A DNA stretch of 64,000 nt from Actinomycetes bacterium (GTDB lineage Bacteria > Actinomycetota > Thermoleophilia > BMS3ABIN01), in NCBI GenBank assembly GCA_021785935.1, contig JAJYOG010000001.1, positions 128,743 through 192,742 on the forward strand, in the 5' to 3' direction. Positions 26,230-36,427 of this stretch are shown one piece after another (within the stretch, counting starts at the first letter, position 1; the number at the start of each line of letters is the position of its first letter). The translations under genes were made by a program, and so were the position numbers. The notes beneath the pieces were generated by a model that was given only the letters and a program-made list of their open reading frames with translations, had not been told where the DNA came from and made no database searches.

Positions 26230-28512
26230 ATGTTAGCCAAACAGCCTCAGGAGATAGCCGAAAAGGGTTCCCGGATTACCGCGCACCCGTTACAGCCCCA
26301 ATTCTCCCCAAACGCGATGAAGGTATTGGAGAAGCGTTACCTGAAGAAAGACGAAGAAGGCAATCCGGTTGAAACACCGGTAGAAATGCTAAGGCGTGTG
26401 GCGCGAACCATCGCCGCCGCCGACCTTCTTCACGATCCCGATGCGGACGTCGACGGCGTCGAGGAAGAATTTTATCGGATGATGGCGCGCCTGGAGTTTC
26501 TTCCCAACTCCCCCACGCTGATGAACGCCGGCCGTGAACTGGGCCAGTTGTCCGCCTGCTTTGTTTTGCCCGTTGGCGACTCGATGGAGAGCATCTTCGA
26601 TGCTATCAAGAACACGGCACTGATTCACAAGAGCGGTGGCGGCACCGGGTTTTCTTTTTCACGAGTCCGACCGAGCAGTGATGTCGTACTTTCCACCAAG
26701 GGCGTTTCCAGCGGTCCGATATCCTTCATGACTGTATTCGATGCCGCTACCGAGACCATCAAGCAGGGCGGCACGCGCCGGGGTGCCAACATGGGCATCC
26801 TCCGCGTGGACCATCCGGATATCCTCGATTTCATTGTCTGCAAGCAAAGCAACGATAAACTCAACAATTTCAATATTTCCGTGGCTCTAACGGAGAAGTT
26901 CATGGAAGCAGTAGAGTCGGGCGGCGAGTACGAGATTGTCAATCCCAGGACCGGCAAGATTGTAAAAAGCCTGGATGCCAGACGGGTCTTCGACATGGTT
27001 GTAAATCTGGCCTGGAAGAATGGCGATCCGGGCATAATCTTCCTCGACCGCATTAATCGAGAGAACCCCACGCCGCATATTGGTGAGATTGAGAGCACGA
27101 ACCCCTGCGGTGAACAGCCGCTGCTTCCCTACGAGTCGTGCAACCTCGGATCCATCAATCTTTCCAAAGTGGCGGGCGCCTCCGGCGGCATCGATTACGA
27201 ACGCCTGGGCCGCATCGTCGATAGCGCTGTCCATTTTCTGGACAATGTCATCGATGTAAATAATTATCCGCTGCCGGAGATTGCTGAGATGACCAGGGCC
27301 AACCGCAAGATTGGACTCGGAGTCATGGGATTTGCCGACCTTCTCATCGAGATGGGCATCCCTTACAACTCTGACGAAGCGGTTGCCGTGGCGGAAGAGA
27401 TCATGGCGTTCATCCAGGAGCGCGGCCGGGCCTGCTCGGTGCGGCTTGCGGAAGAGCGGGGCGTTTTCCCGAATTTCGCCGGCAGTATTTTCGATTCGAA
27501 GAACGGCGCCCAGGTCCGCAACGCCACCGTAACCACAATCGCTCCGACGGGAACTCTAAGCATAATCGCCAATTGCTCCAGTGGCATCGAGCCGCTCTTT
27601 GCCGTTTCATACATTCGTAACGTGCTCGACAACACCGAGATGGTAGAGACGCACAAGACCTTCGAGGAAATGGCCCGTGACGGCGGCTTCTATAGCGAGA
27701 AGCTGATGAGGGAGATTGCCAAGAAAGGCACAATCGCCGAGCTGCCCGAAGTCCCGGATGACATCAAACCTATCTTTGCGACCGCTCATGACGTCACGCC
27801 AGAGTGGCATGTGCGCATGCAGGCAGCTTTTCAGAAATATACCGACAATGCCGTTTCCAAAACTGTTAATTTCTCCCATGAAGCCTCTGTTGCCGATGTC
27901 GAGCAGGTTTATATGCTTGCCTACAAAACCGGCTGCAAGGGCGTAACCATCTATCGCGACGGCAGCCGTGAAGCGCAAGTGCTTAACATTGGTGGCGTCA
28001 GACACGCAGAGGCCGAAGCCTTGCTGGCTCCCGGCCAGGTAAAACCGCGGCCGCGGCCGGCGGTAACTACCGGTCAAACAACGAAAGTCAACACGGGTTG
28101 CGGCAGTCTGTATGTGACCATCAATGAGGACGAGCACGGTCTCTGTGAAGTGTTTTCGTCCATGGGCCGGGCGGGCGCCTGCAAGGCGGCCCAGTCTGAG
28201 GCAGTCAGCCGCCTGATCTCTCTAGCCTTGAGGTCTGGTGTCGACACTGCGGCCATTCTCAAGTCGATCAAGGGCATCCGTTGTCCATCACCGGCTCTGG
28301 GCGGCGCTGCTTCCTGCCCGGATGCGATCGCGCGCGCGGTCATCGAGCACATGGATAGGGCTCCTCATCTGACTGAGGACGGCGCCAAGGCTGAATTGCC
28401 CTCTTCGGTACAGATCAGCGCCTGCCCTGAATGTCCGGAATGTGGCAGCATGGTTGAATTCGGTGAGGGCTGCGTGTTCTGCCGCTCATGCGGATTTTCC
28501 AAATGCGGCTAA
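26230..28512 (+). CDS. nrdJ: adenosylcobalamin-dependent (class II) ribonucleotide reductase
   Basis: [10 protein letters not shown] active-site loop. [11 protein letters not shown], and a C-terminal Cys-rich tail [24 protein letters not shown]. 760 aa. Confidence 0.9.
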   Translation: MLAKQPQEIAEKGSRITAHPLQPQFSPNAMKVLEKRYLKKDEEGNPVETPVEMLRRVARTIAAADLLHDPDADVDGVEEEFYRMMARLEFLPNSPTLMNAGRELGQLSACFVLPVGDSMESIFDAIKNTALIHKSGGGTGFSFSRVRPSSDVVLSTKGVSSGPISFMTVFDAATETIKQGGTRRGANMGILRVDHPDILDFIVCKQSNDKLNNFNISVALTEKFMEAVESGGEYEIVNPRTGKIVKSLDARRVFDMVVNLAWKNGDPGIIFLDRINRENPTPHIGEIESTNPCGEQPLLPYESCNLGSINLSKVAGASGGIDYERLGRIVDSAVHFLDNVIDVNNYPLPEIAEMTRANRKIGLGVMGFADLLIEMGIPYNSDEAVAVAEEIMAFIQERGRACSVRLAEERGVFPNFAGSIFDSKNGAQVRNATVTTIAPTGTLSIIANCSSGIEPLFAVSYIRNVLDNTEMVETHKTFEEMARDGGFYSEKLMREIAKKGTIAELPEVPDDIKPIFATAHDVTPEWHVRMQAAFQKYTDNAVSKTVNFSHEASVADVEQVYMLAYKTGCKGVTIYRDGSREAQVLNIGGVRHAEAEALLAPGQVKPRPRPAVTTGQTTKVNTGCGSLYVTINEDEHGLCEVFSSMGRAGACKAAQSEAVSRLISLALRSGVDTAAILKSIKGIRCPSPALGGAASCPDAIARAVIEHMDRAPHLTEDGAKAELPSSVQISACPECPECGSMVEFGEGCVFCRSCGFSKCG

Positions 28513-28599
28513 CGCGAGCGTGCTGGAAGCCGCTTGCGGTCGCCAAGTATAACGCTTCAACCTGCAGGAAGAAGTGAGTTGACTGCGTAAATATACTTT

Positions 28600-29559
28600 A
28601 TGACTGCACGTCATGAATCCGAGTCCCGAAGGGACAAGCGGAAATCAGGCGCCGCCAGGCGCCGCGATAAACAACGTTCTCAACTGACAACCAAGCCCCG
28701 GAAGACTCTGGCTCTCAAGGTAGATAGCCGGCGGACGAAGCGCCGGATGATCATCCTGGGCATGGTCTGCATTAACTTCTTTGTTCTCTGGCTTACTCTT
28801 AAGGTCTTCGCGCAAGCTGATTTCTGGCCGCTTCTGGCCGCGCCGATTCTGGTGTCGGCCTGGTTTTTTTATGAAGCGGGGGCTGTTATTACCATCGCGG
28901 TCACGGGTCTGCTTCTGGTTCAAACATCTTTTGAGAAAAACGGCACCATATTTATCGCCATTGCGACCTTTGCGGTTCTGGGAGTGATGCTTGGATGGGG
29001 GCAAAGACGGCAGCGGCGGGCGCATCGCCACATTCTGAGGTCTTCGCTCACAGACTCGCTTACCGGGCTTTACAATTTCGGCACACTCATGGAGTGTCTG
29101 GACCGGGAGATACGCCGTGTCGATCGTTATGGCGGTGCGGTGACGGTGGTAATGTTCGATATCGATCACTTCAAAATGTTCAACGACCGGTTCGGCCATC
29201 AGGCCGGAAATGAAGCTCTCAAGGCGGTGGCATCAACTCTGAGGAAGCAGAAGCGCGAATCGGATATCATCGCACGCTTTGGCGGTGAGGAATTTATCCT
29301 GATTTTCCCAGGAAAAGAGGCGGCTGGCGTTGAAGCGGCGCGAAGAATGCGCAAGGCGATTTCCCAGATTCGGGTTCCCGTCGGCGGCGGTGCAACCAGC
29401 GAGATTACGGTGAGCGCGGGTGTGGCCTGTTATCCCAACGGCGCCACCTCAAAAGAAGAACTGCTCGACAAGGTGGATCAGCTTCTCTACGCATCAAAAA
29501 GAAAAGGTCGCAACCGGGTAAGCGTAGCGCCGGCGAGACGGCGCCTGGTGGCATCATAG
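28600..29559 (+). CDS. membrane-anchored diguanylate cyclase (GGDEF domain)
   Basis: RFGGEEFILIFPG active site, DIDHFKMFNDRFGHQAGNEAL. N-terminal basic tail plus about 4 TM helices. Confidence 0.85.
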   Translation: MTARHESESRRDKRKSGAARRRDKQRSQLTTKPRKTLALKVDSRRTKRRMIILGMVCINFFVLWLTLKVFAQADFWPLLAAPILVSAWFFYEAGAVITIAVTGLLLVQTSFEKNGTIFIAIATFAVLGVMLGWGQRRQRRAHRHILRSSLTDSLTGLYNFGTLMECLDREIRRVDRYGGAVTVVMFDIDHFKMFNDRFGHQAGNEALKAVASTLRKQKRESDIIARFGGEEFILIFPGKEAAGVEAARRMRKAISQIRVPVGGGATSEITVSAGVACYPNGATSKEELLDKVDQLLYASKRKGRNRVSVAPARRRLVAS

Positions 29560-29608
29560 TCCGCTCAACACAAGGCGCAAATTCAATCCTTTGAAATGAG
29601 GTAAAACT

Positions 29609-29884
29609 GTGGAAATGCCAGATAATGGACCAAAACTCAAGACGGAAAAAATACGGGTGAGCATCGAGACGCGCAACTGGACCGTCGTTGGTACGGTTCA
29701 TACGCCGGCGATTTCATATCGCAGCCGCCTCTCCGACCTTCTCAATCAAAAAGAAATCACATTCCTCTCGGTTACGGATGTCAACGTATATCATGTCAAC
29801 GACACCGAAAAACCTGCTTACTCAACCGCGTATCTCGCAGTGAGCCTCGATAGCATCGAAATAGTTAGGCCGCTCGAAAAATAG
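29609..29884 (+). CDS. small soluble protein, unknown function
   Basis: 91-aa ORF, GTG 7 nt after GAGGT. Starts 49 nt after the GGDEF gene. No motif recognised. Confidence 0.5.
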   Translation: MEMPDNGPKLKTEKIRVSIETRNWTVVGTVHTPAISYRSRLSDLLNQKEITFLSVTDVNVYHVNDTEKPAYSTAYLAVSLDSIEIVRPLEK

Positions 29885-29890
29885 TAGTGC

Positions 29891-30340
29891 CTAAATGCTC
29901 TCCGGCACCGGCTGAAGTAGCAGATACATGACCCAGACGAGGAAGAATAATTCCACTATGGTCAGCAACGCTGTGAGCCAGATAAGAAATCTTGCCAGAC
30001 CCGTGTGCGCAATCCCCTTGGACAGACGGCGTTTTTCCAGCCTCCCCACCACCAGATAAAAAATATGAATAACGCCGAATATGAAGCCGCCATAAAAAAA
30101 CTGCCACTCTGGTCCGGCATAGCGCAGCAGGAGATAATAGTAGGTAATCTCAAACAGCAGCAGCAGATTGTTGAGGCGATAACCCGCTTCGACCATCGTC
30201 TCGAATTCGGCTCCGGGCAGCTGTTCGCTCAGACGTTGACGCTCGTGTCCTACATCTTTTAAAGCCCGTGGGACCATCGCCAGCGTCAGGATGCTGCCCG
30301 CTACCATCACCAGGGAATACAGGAAGAGGAAGGTGCGCAC
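29891..30340 (-). CDS. four-helix membrane protein, unknown function
   Basis: Hydrophobic ORF. Start moved to GTG 30340, 10 nt after the upstream gene's TAG, to avoid a 128-nt overlap. Confidence 0.45.
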   Translation of the reverse strand: MRTFLFLYSLVMVAGSILTLAMVPRALKDVGHERQRLSEQLPGAEFETMVEAGYRLNNLLLLFEITYYYLLLRYAGPEWQFFYGGFIFGVIHIFYLVVGRLEKRRLSKGIAHTGLARFLIWLTALLTIVELFFLVWVMYLLLQPVPESI

Positions 30341-30350
30341 GCCGTAACCG

Positions 30351-31265
30351 CTAAGGGGTCCGGTCTCGCCTGTTGCGGCCGCCGCGCCGCTCGTCGGGTT
30401 CCTCAAGAAAACGGTGATATAAGAGATCGCCGTTTGTAAGCAGAAAGAAGACGGAGAGCAGAGGCAGAGCCGGCACACCGATATCGAGGCTGACTCCGAT
30501 CACCATGGTTGCCACGAAGGACAGCGTCATGGTTAGTGCGGTCAGAGTTCTTCTCAGACGCCAGATCAGGGCGCATCCTAAAAACAGCGAGAAGAAGATG
30601 ATGTCGCTGACGCCCAAGCGAGAAGCCGCGTCTGCGCCAAAAACAGGAAGGTTGATTGTGAAGTATTCGATCCATCGGCCGCCACTTTCAACCATCTTTT
30701 TTGTTGGCCCCAGAAAAACGCTCCATATGTCCACGAAAATGATAAGAGCGGCGATCAGTAGCACCTGGCTGATGGAAGAGAGCATTATTGCCAGCCAAAG
30801 GCCGACACTGGTCGCGAAGATAATCTTGGCGAGGCTTTCAACCGGGGTCCAGCCGAGCGCCAGGCTTCCAGCGGCGACCAACAACGAACTCACGGCCAGC
30901 AAAAGCAGCAGGTGGCGAAGCTTTATGAGTTGGACAAGGGCCGACGATAAGGCACAGGCTGATGTCAGGCCGAGAGCAAAGGAAATCATTAACCTCGAAT
31001 TGGAATCAGGCGCGAGTGATCCGGCAGCCAGAAACGCGACGAGCGCTCCTGCCGTGGCCGCGATGATGCCAATGAAGATCAGCACCGAGCGGAGTTCGAC
31101 GGTATAGTTTATCCTGGGCGTCTGAATCTGAATCCCCTTCAGGTCCTGATGGCGATGGAGCCGGGCAACTCGGCTTTCTTCTACCCTAGTATGGCGGTAA
31201 TGATTCGTACCAGTCGCCCAGGATCTTGAAGGCTTTCCAGAAGCGGGTTTTTCTGCGCTGATCAT
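30351..31265 (-). CDS. polytopic membrane protein, candidate presenilin/signal-peptide-peptidase-like (A22) intramembrane aspartyl protease
   Basis: About 8 TM helices. FVDIWSVFLG resembles the SPP YDxFWVFG helix, LGVSDIIFFSLF resembles GxGD, and after one more helix comes GVPALPLLSVFF (PAL motif). The order is the same as presenilin TM6/TM7/TM9. The start is uncertain: ATG 31265 overlaps the upstream gene by 80 nt. Confidence 0.45.
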   Translation of the reverse strand: MISAEKPASGKPSRSWATGTNHYRHTRVEESRVARLHRHQDLKGIQIQTPRINYTVELRSVLIFIGIIAATAGALVAFLAAGSLAPDSNSRLMISFALGLTSACALSSALVQLIKLRHLLLLLAVSSLLVAAGSLALGWTPVESLAKIIFATSVGLWLAIMLSSISQVLLIAALIIFVDIWSVFLGPTKKMVESGGRWIEYFTINLPVFGADAASRLGVSDIIFFSLFLGCALIWRLRRTLTALTMTLSFVATMVIGVSLDIGVPALPLLSVFFLLTNGDLLYHRFLEEPDERRGGRNRRDRTP

Positions 31266-31788
31266 TGAGAGAAGTATCGATTTCAGGGGTTATCAATGCC
31301 TCGGCAGTTGGAGTGAACGGTTGGATCTCGCCTGGTTTGTAGGTGAGTTCCCGAGCAAGGGGAAACTCCATTTCGTTGACGGCCCGGAGGGCTTGCTCGC
31401 CCATTATCACCACGAGTTTCGGTTGAATCACCATAAGTTCTCGAACCAGGTATTGCGGGCAGTTTTCGCGAGCTTCTTCATCCTCGGCAGTGGAGCATTT
31501 GATGACATTGGTGCCGTACAGGAGTAGCGAGTCGATGCCCAGCTTCTGGCAGCCTTTCATGATTGCCTCGCCTGAACGGCCGTAAAAAGCGACTCCTTCG
31601 GAAGCTTCGCTTGGAAGGGTCCGGTATTTTACCAGGAAGATGTCGGCCAGGGGATGACCGGACCCGATTACCGGGACGGCTCGGCCATGGGCGCACTTCT
31701 CGCAGTGGGTCAGCTCCCTGCAGAGTTCATTGATGTCAGCGATGGCACGGGTGAGATGCTTGTCGTAGATATCGTCGGGACCGGGCAT
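31186..31788 (-). CDS. uracil-DNA glycosylase superfamily protein (family 4-like scaffold, divergent catalytic motif)
   Basis: CEKCAHGRAVPVIGSGHPLADIFLV...FYGRSGEAIMK...YGTNVIKC...CPQYL follows the family-4 UDG layout. The GE(A/G)PG motif position reads VKYRTLP. Confidence 0.7.
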   Translation of the reverse strand: MPGPDDIYDKHLTRAIADINELCRELTHCEKCAHGRAVPVIGSGHPLADIFLVKYRTLPSEASEGVAFYGRSGEAIMKGCQKLGIDSLLLYGTNVIKCSTAEDEEARENCPQYLVRELMVIQPKLVVIMGEQALRAVNEMEFPLARELTYKPGEIQPFTPTAEALITPEIDTSLNDQRRKTRFWKAFKILGDWYESLPPY

Positions 31789-31956
31789 ATTTCCCCTTGT
31801 GAAAATGAAACGGCTGCCTGCGTTCGCGACCAGAAATACCCCTAAAGCGGCATCTTTTCCGCCCGCAAGCTATTAGTTATTTGCCGCACGGCTAACAAAT
31901 CCTTTAAGCAGGAACATTAAGCACAAGGACGGCGTCAGCCGGACGGGAAGCTGGGC

Positions 31957-33375
31957 TCAGCTCCGTTCGAATAGGGCAACGACCTCGATGTGGGGGGTGT
32001 GGGGGAACATGTCAACGGCGCCGGTTCTGACCAGGCGGTACCCTTCCTCCGCGAGTTGGGAGGCGTTGCCAGCCAGAGTCGAGGCGTTGCATGATACGTA
32101 AACCAGGCGAGGCGCGCCGAGTTCGATAATGCGCTGTATCTCCTTCTTGCTGGCGCCGGCACGCGGCGGATCGAGAATAACTACGTCGGGCGGTCCTTCC
32201 CGCTCCAGGTCTTTTAAGACCGCCCTCACTTTGCCGGAGATGAAGCTGCAATTGCCAATTTTGTTCCCGGCAACGTTTTCGACCGCGAGGCGCACTGCGT
32301 CCTCCACGATTTCAACGCCCAATACCTGAGCACAGGACCCGGCCAGGAGCAGCGCGATCGAGCCGATCCCGCAGTAAAGATCGTAAACGGACTCTGCTCC
32401 CTTCAGTCCGGCATATTCAAGCGCCTTGCGGTAAAGCCGTTCGGCCATCAGCGTGTTGGTCTGCATGAACGACCGCGGTGAAACCTTGAGAACAAGACCG
32501 CAGATTTCCTCGCGGATGTGATCGCATCCATGCAGTACGGTAAAAGGAAAACCGCTGGCCACCGAGGCGCGAGTTTCGTTAACGCTCCAGACCAGCGAGG
32601 CGATCTGCGGGAAATCCTTAACCAGGCGGGCTACAAAGTTCACAGAATCTGGAAAGTCTCCGGGGCCCGTGACGATATTGACCATAATCTCACCCGTGTT
32701 GATACCCTCCCGCAGAACCAGATGGCGCCAAAAGCCGCTCTCGGTTTTCTGGTCATATACGGGCAAGCCGGAGTCGCGGGCAAAATCGCGCACAGTGTTA
32801 CGGATTGAGTTTGTGGCCCTGGAATGGAGCAGGCAATCCTCGATATTGACTACTTGCCGCCATTCTCCGGGCAGGTGAAAGCCGAGTTCGAGAGCGTCCG
32901 CGGACGCTCTCGAGGAACCCGGCGCAAAAGAAAATTCAACCTTATTGCGATAGCGCCAGAGAGGATCGGCTCCGAGGGGCTCATCAGTCTCGAAGCCCGC
33001 AAGCCCCCCGATATGCTGGAGGCACTCAGTCACCTGTTTTTGCTTGTATTTCAGCTGCGCGGCGTAGGCAAGCGTTTGCCAAGAGCAACCGCCGCAGATG
33101 CCAAAATGGCGGCAGGCCGCTTCAATCCGCTTGGGTGAGGGATTGAGAAGCTCGGCCACGCGCGCTTCCGCGAAAGATCGCCTGGCGCGGGTGATCACCG
33201 CCCGAACCCTGTCACCGGGCACGGCGCCCTCGACGAAGATGACGAAACCCGATTGCCTCGCTACTCCCCTGCCGCCAAAAGCAAGGGTATCGATCGTAAG
33301 CTCGAGTTCATCGTGAATTTTAGGTTTGTCCGGAGATAGGTTCATAGGAAGCATAATTCTTACATTTGCAGCCAA
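31957..33375 (-). CDS. rlmD: TRAM-domain 23S rRNA (uracil-C5)-methyltransferase, RlmD/RumA family
   Basis: N-terminal TRAM domain (GGRGVARQSGFVIFVEGAVPGD), Fe-S cysteines CRHFGICGGCSWQ, SAM fold DLYCGIGSI, DPPRAG. Confidence 0.85.
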   Translation of the reverse strand: MAANVRIMLPMNLSPDKPKIHDELELTIDTLAFGGRGVARQSGFVIFVEGAVPGDRVRAVITRARRSFAEARVAELLNPSPKRIEAACRHFGICGGCSWQTLAYAAQLKYKQKQVTECLQHIGGLAGFETDEPLGADPLWRYRNKVEFSFAPGSSRASADALELGFHLPGEWRQVVNIEDCLLHSRATNSIRNTVRDFARDSGLPVYDQKTESGFWRHLVLREGINTGEIMVNIVTGPGDFPDSVNFVARLVKDFPQIASLVWSVNETRASVASGFPFTVLHGCDHIREEICGLVLKVSPRSFMQTNTLMAERLYRKALEYAGLKGAESVYDLYCGIGSIALLLAGSCAQVLGVEIVEDAVRLAVENVAGNKIGNCSFISGKVRAVLKDLEREGPPDVVILDPPRAGASKKEIQRIIELGAPRLVYVSCNASTLAGNASQLAEEGYRLVRTGAVDMFPHTPHIEVVALFERS

Positions 33376-33405
33376 AAAGTGGCAACTGGATTATTAGGCG
33401 TCAAA

Positions 33406-33434
33406 TTGACATGCCCCGACCCGTATCCTAGAAT
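33406..33434 (+). promoter_or_regulatory. near-consensus sigma70-type promoter for tatA
   Basis: TTGACA (33406-33411), exactly 17 bp, TAGAAT (33429-33434). RBS GAGGTG before ATG 33510. Confidence 0.5.
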
Positions 33435-33509
33435 GACTTAGGGAATAAAGTTTCCGTCTTTGGGGCATAATTCACCCTTCCAATTTAAACTAGACACACG
33501 AGGTGCCGA

Positions 33510-33794
33510 ATGTTCGGCGAATTATTATCACCAATGCACATGCTCTTCATATTGATCGTCGTGCTGATCATCTTCGGTCCGAAACGTTTGCCTGAAATCG
33601 GCAAGTCGCTGGGAAAGGGCATCAAAGAGTTCAAGAAAGCGACCACCGAGATGCAGGACAAACTCAGCGACGACGATAATTCGGCGGCCAAGATAGACAA
33701 GGCCGAGGCAACCGAAGTGGTCAAGGAACCGATGACCGCGCCGGAACCCAAGGTTGCTCCCGAAGCCAAGAGCGCCGAAACAAAAACCACCTAG
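33510..33794 (+). CDS. tatA: twin-arginine translocase subunit TatA/E
   Basis: [33 protein letters not shown] is the canonical TatA N-terminus. Confidence 0.9.
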   Translation: MFGELLSPMHMLFILIVVLIIFGPKRLPEIGKSLGKGIKEFKKATTEMQDKLSDDDNSAAKIDKAEATEVVKEPMTAPEPKVAPEAKSAETKTT

Positions 33795-33824
33795 CCGCCG
33801 ATCGCGGCCTGATCATCCCCGGCT

Positions 33825-34595
33825 GTGTTCAACTCATCCGACGATCGAGTGATGTCCCTCATCGGGCATCTCGAGGAGCTTCGCAAACGTCTGGTGATAT
33901 CGGCCTTCGCCCTGGCGTTTGGCATGATCGTTTGTTTCATCTTCAAGAGCTATCTGCTCGACCTGTTCGTCCAGCCCCTCGGCGACAGAAAACTGATAAC
34001 CCTGACTCCCACAGAATCATTCATGACGGTTTTCAAGATGGCCGCCTACGTGGGCATGATTGTGGTTTCCCCGGTTCTTATCTACCAGATCTGGGCGTTC
34101 GTGGCTCCGGGGCTGAAGGCAAAAGAGAAACACGTGATCCTCTTCGCAGCCATATTTACCAGCATCCTCTTTCTCTGCGGCGTTGCCTTCGCCTGGTTCC
34201 TGGTTCTGCCCAGGGCCCTTGATTTTCTCCTGACCTACCAGGATACGTTCTTCAACCAACAGGTTCAGGCGGCCAAATACTTTTCTTTCGTGGCCATGTT
34301 CCTGTTGGGCTTTGGCCTGATATTTGAGCTGCCGGCTCTGCTGCTGACACTCATCCGGCTGGGAGTGGTTTCACCGAAAACCCTGGCCAAGCATCGTAAA
34401 TACGCAGTTCTGGCCGGATCGATTCTGAGCGCCGCTCTCACACCAAGCCAGGATTTCTTTTCCATCCTCGCCATGGCTGTCCCCTTCTACGTCCTCTACG
34501 AAGCAAGTATTCATCTGGGAAAACTCATCCAGAAACGGAGTAAAAAAACCGAGGTCGAAGTCGTCGACGGCCCTGAGGGCGAGGCGGCTGGCTAA
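33825..34595 (+). CDS. tatC: twin-arginine translocase subunit TatC
   Basis: MSLIGHLEELRKRL start motif and six TM helices. GTG start. Confidence 0.9.
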   Translation: MFNSSDDRVMSLIGHLEELRKRLVISAFALAFGMIVCFIFKSYLLDLFVQPLGDRKLITLTPTESFMTVFKMAAYVGMIVVSPVLIYQIWAFVAPGLKAKEKHVILFAAIFTSILFLCGVAFAWFLVLPRALDFLLTYQDTFFNQQVQAAKYFSFVAMFLLGFGLIFELPALLLTLIRLGVVSPKTLAKHRKYAVLAGSILSAALTPSQDFFSILAMAVPFYVLYEASIHLGKLIQKRSKKTEVEVVDGPEGEAAG

Positions 34596-35414
34596 GTGAG
34601 TCCGACTCTGGATAAAGACGTCACGGAAGTTGCCGCGGAGAATACCGTGCCGGCCGAAGGGCCGCCGGTGCCGGCAGAGTGCACGGTAGATCTCTCGATC
34701 GTGATTCCTGTTTTCAATGAAGAAGAGCGGATCGTTAATACGATTACTCTGCTTGACGCCTACCTGCGCGAGCAATTGCAAAGCTATGAACTGATCATTT
34801 CTGACGACGGCAGTCACGATGACAGCCCCACGCTAGTTCGGGAACAGTGCGTCGAGGGTGGTAACGTGCGCCTGATACGTCACAGGCAGAACCAGGGCAA
34901 AGGCGCCGCGGTACGGCGCGGTATCCTGGCGGCGCGAGGTGAATTCATCGTTTTTACCGACGCCGATCTTTCTTATTCCGTTGAGACCATCGGCAAATGC
35001 ATCGAAGCTCTGGGTCAGCACGATCTGGCCGTTGGTTCGAGAAACCTGCCGGGATCCGACATCGAGATTACGCCGCCGGCAATGAGGCGCTTGGCCGGTC
35101 CGATCTTCAAGGCCGCAGTGCGCCACCTTGTGATCGACGGTTTTTCTGACACCCAGTGTGGATTTAAGGGATTTCGGGCCCAGGCGGCCCGTGAAATCTT
35201 CACCCATTGCAACATCAATGGCTTCTCGTTTGATGTCGAGGTACTGGCGCTGGCGCGGCTTTTTGGTTATCGCGTCAAAGAGGTGCCGGTGAGGCTGCTG
35301 GTCGATTCCTCCGACTCCAGAATCAACTTGACCACCGATCCCTTCCTCATGATCAGGGAACTGCTGCAGATCCGCAAGCGCATCAGGCAACTGGAACGCA
35401 GCAGGCCGGTCTGA
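34596..35414 (+). CDS. family 2 glycosyltransferase (dolichyl/polyprenyl-phosphate glycosyltransferase-like)
   Basis: LSIVIPVFNEEERI, ELIISDDGSHD, FTDADLSY (DxD). GTG start immediately after the tatC stop. Confidence 0.8.
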   Translation: MSPTLDKDVTEVAAENTVPAEGPPVPAECTVDLSIVIPVFNEEERIVNTITLLDAYLREQLQSYELIISDDGSHDDSPTLVREQCVEGGNVRLIRHRQNQGKGAAVRRGILAARGEFIVFTDADLSYSVETIGKCIEALGQHDLAVGSRNLPGSDIEITPPAMRRLAGPIFKAAVRHLVIDGFSDTQCGFKGFRAQAAREIFTHCNINGFSFDVEVLALARLFGYRVKEVPVRLLVDSSDSRINLTTDPFLMIRELLQIRKRIRQLERSRPV

Positions 35415-35449
35415 GAGAAGCACTCCGGCCGCCGGCGACCGCCCGTCGA

Positions 35450-36427
35450 TTATCGCACTAACTCCATGAAGCCCTCCAGGCCGGTGTCTGACCTGACCCG
35501 GTAGCGCAGCAGGGCGAAAGGCTCGTCGCTGCTTTGCTGCTCCCCGGGCTTGGTTGAGGTCGCGAGCAGGTACCCGCCTTCGCGTGAATATTTGATAACG
35601 TCGGCGTCATACTTTCCAGCGGGATAACAAAGCCAGTAAACGGGGTGTCCCAGCTTCGGTTTCAGTGTCTCGGCGGAACCCGCCAGCTCCTTGCGGAGGT
35701 CGGCGGCCGAAAGTGTGGTCAGGTCCAAATGCGAGGCGGTATGGGAGCCGATGTCCATGCCGCGGCGATCGAGTTCCGCTATCTGGTCCCAGCTCATATA
35801 CTCAGGAGTGCCGACTTTCTCGGTAATGATGTAAAAGGTCGCGGGGAAGCCATACTTTTGCAAGATGGGCGCGGCCACTTCGAAGTTGTCAATGTAACCG
35901 TCGTCGAAAGTAAGCATCACCGGTTTCGACGGCAAAGCTCCTCCCTCAAAAAGAGCGTGGAAAAGCTGCGTCTCCGAAACTGGTTGATAACCAGCCTGTT
36001 TGAGGTAACCTATTTGCGCTTCCAGGTCTGCGGTCGAAACCGTGAGGCCAACGCGCAGTTCGTCGGCGCCGGCCGGAGGCTGGCCGGTATGGTGGAACAT
36101 GAGTATTGGCAGCTTGACCACACGGGCTGGACTGGGAGAGCTGGCGGGGAAGCTCAGCGTCTCAAACTTTGGTTTGTCATCGTGCCTGTTGGCTGTTTCC
36201 GGGTTCGTTGCCGTCGGGCCCGGCATACCGTCGTTGGGCGGCTCCGAATCGGCGACGATCTGTGGCGCGTTTTCAGACGAGGAGTAGCAACCCCGAAAAA
36301 AGGACATGTACAATCCCGCCAGGATCAGCGAAATCACGGCCAGCGCAATAATGAAGAGCCGCAAAGACTTCGCGCGCCTGATGCTGGCATTTTTCCGGGC
36401 TCGGCTCGAGCGTCTGGCGGATCTCAT
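35450..36427 (-). CDS. membrane-anchored polysaccharide deacetylase (NodB domain)
   Basis: VMLTFDDGYIDNFEVAAPILQKYGFPATFYI and GSHTASH. N-terminal TM anchor. Confidence 0.8.
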   Translation of the reverse strand: MRSARRSSRARKNASIRRAKSLRLFIIALAVISLILAGLYMSFFRGCYSSSENAPQIVADSEPPNDGMPGPTATNPETANRHDDKPKFETLSFPASSPSPARVVKLPILMFHHTGQPPAGADELRVGLTVSTADLEAQIGYLKQAGYQPVSETQLFHALFEGGALPSKPVMLTFDDGYIDNFEVAAPILQKYGFPATFYIITEKVGTPEYMSWDQIAELDRRGMDIGSHTASHLDLTTLSAADLRKELAGSAETLKPKLGHPVYWLCYPAGKYDADVIKYSREGGYLLATSTKPGEQQSSDEPFALLRYRVRSDTGLEGFMELVR

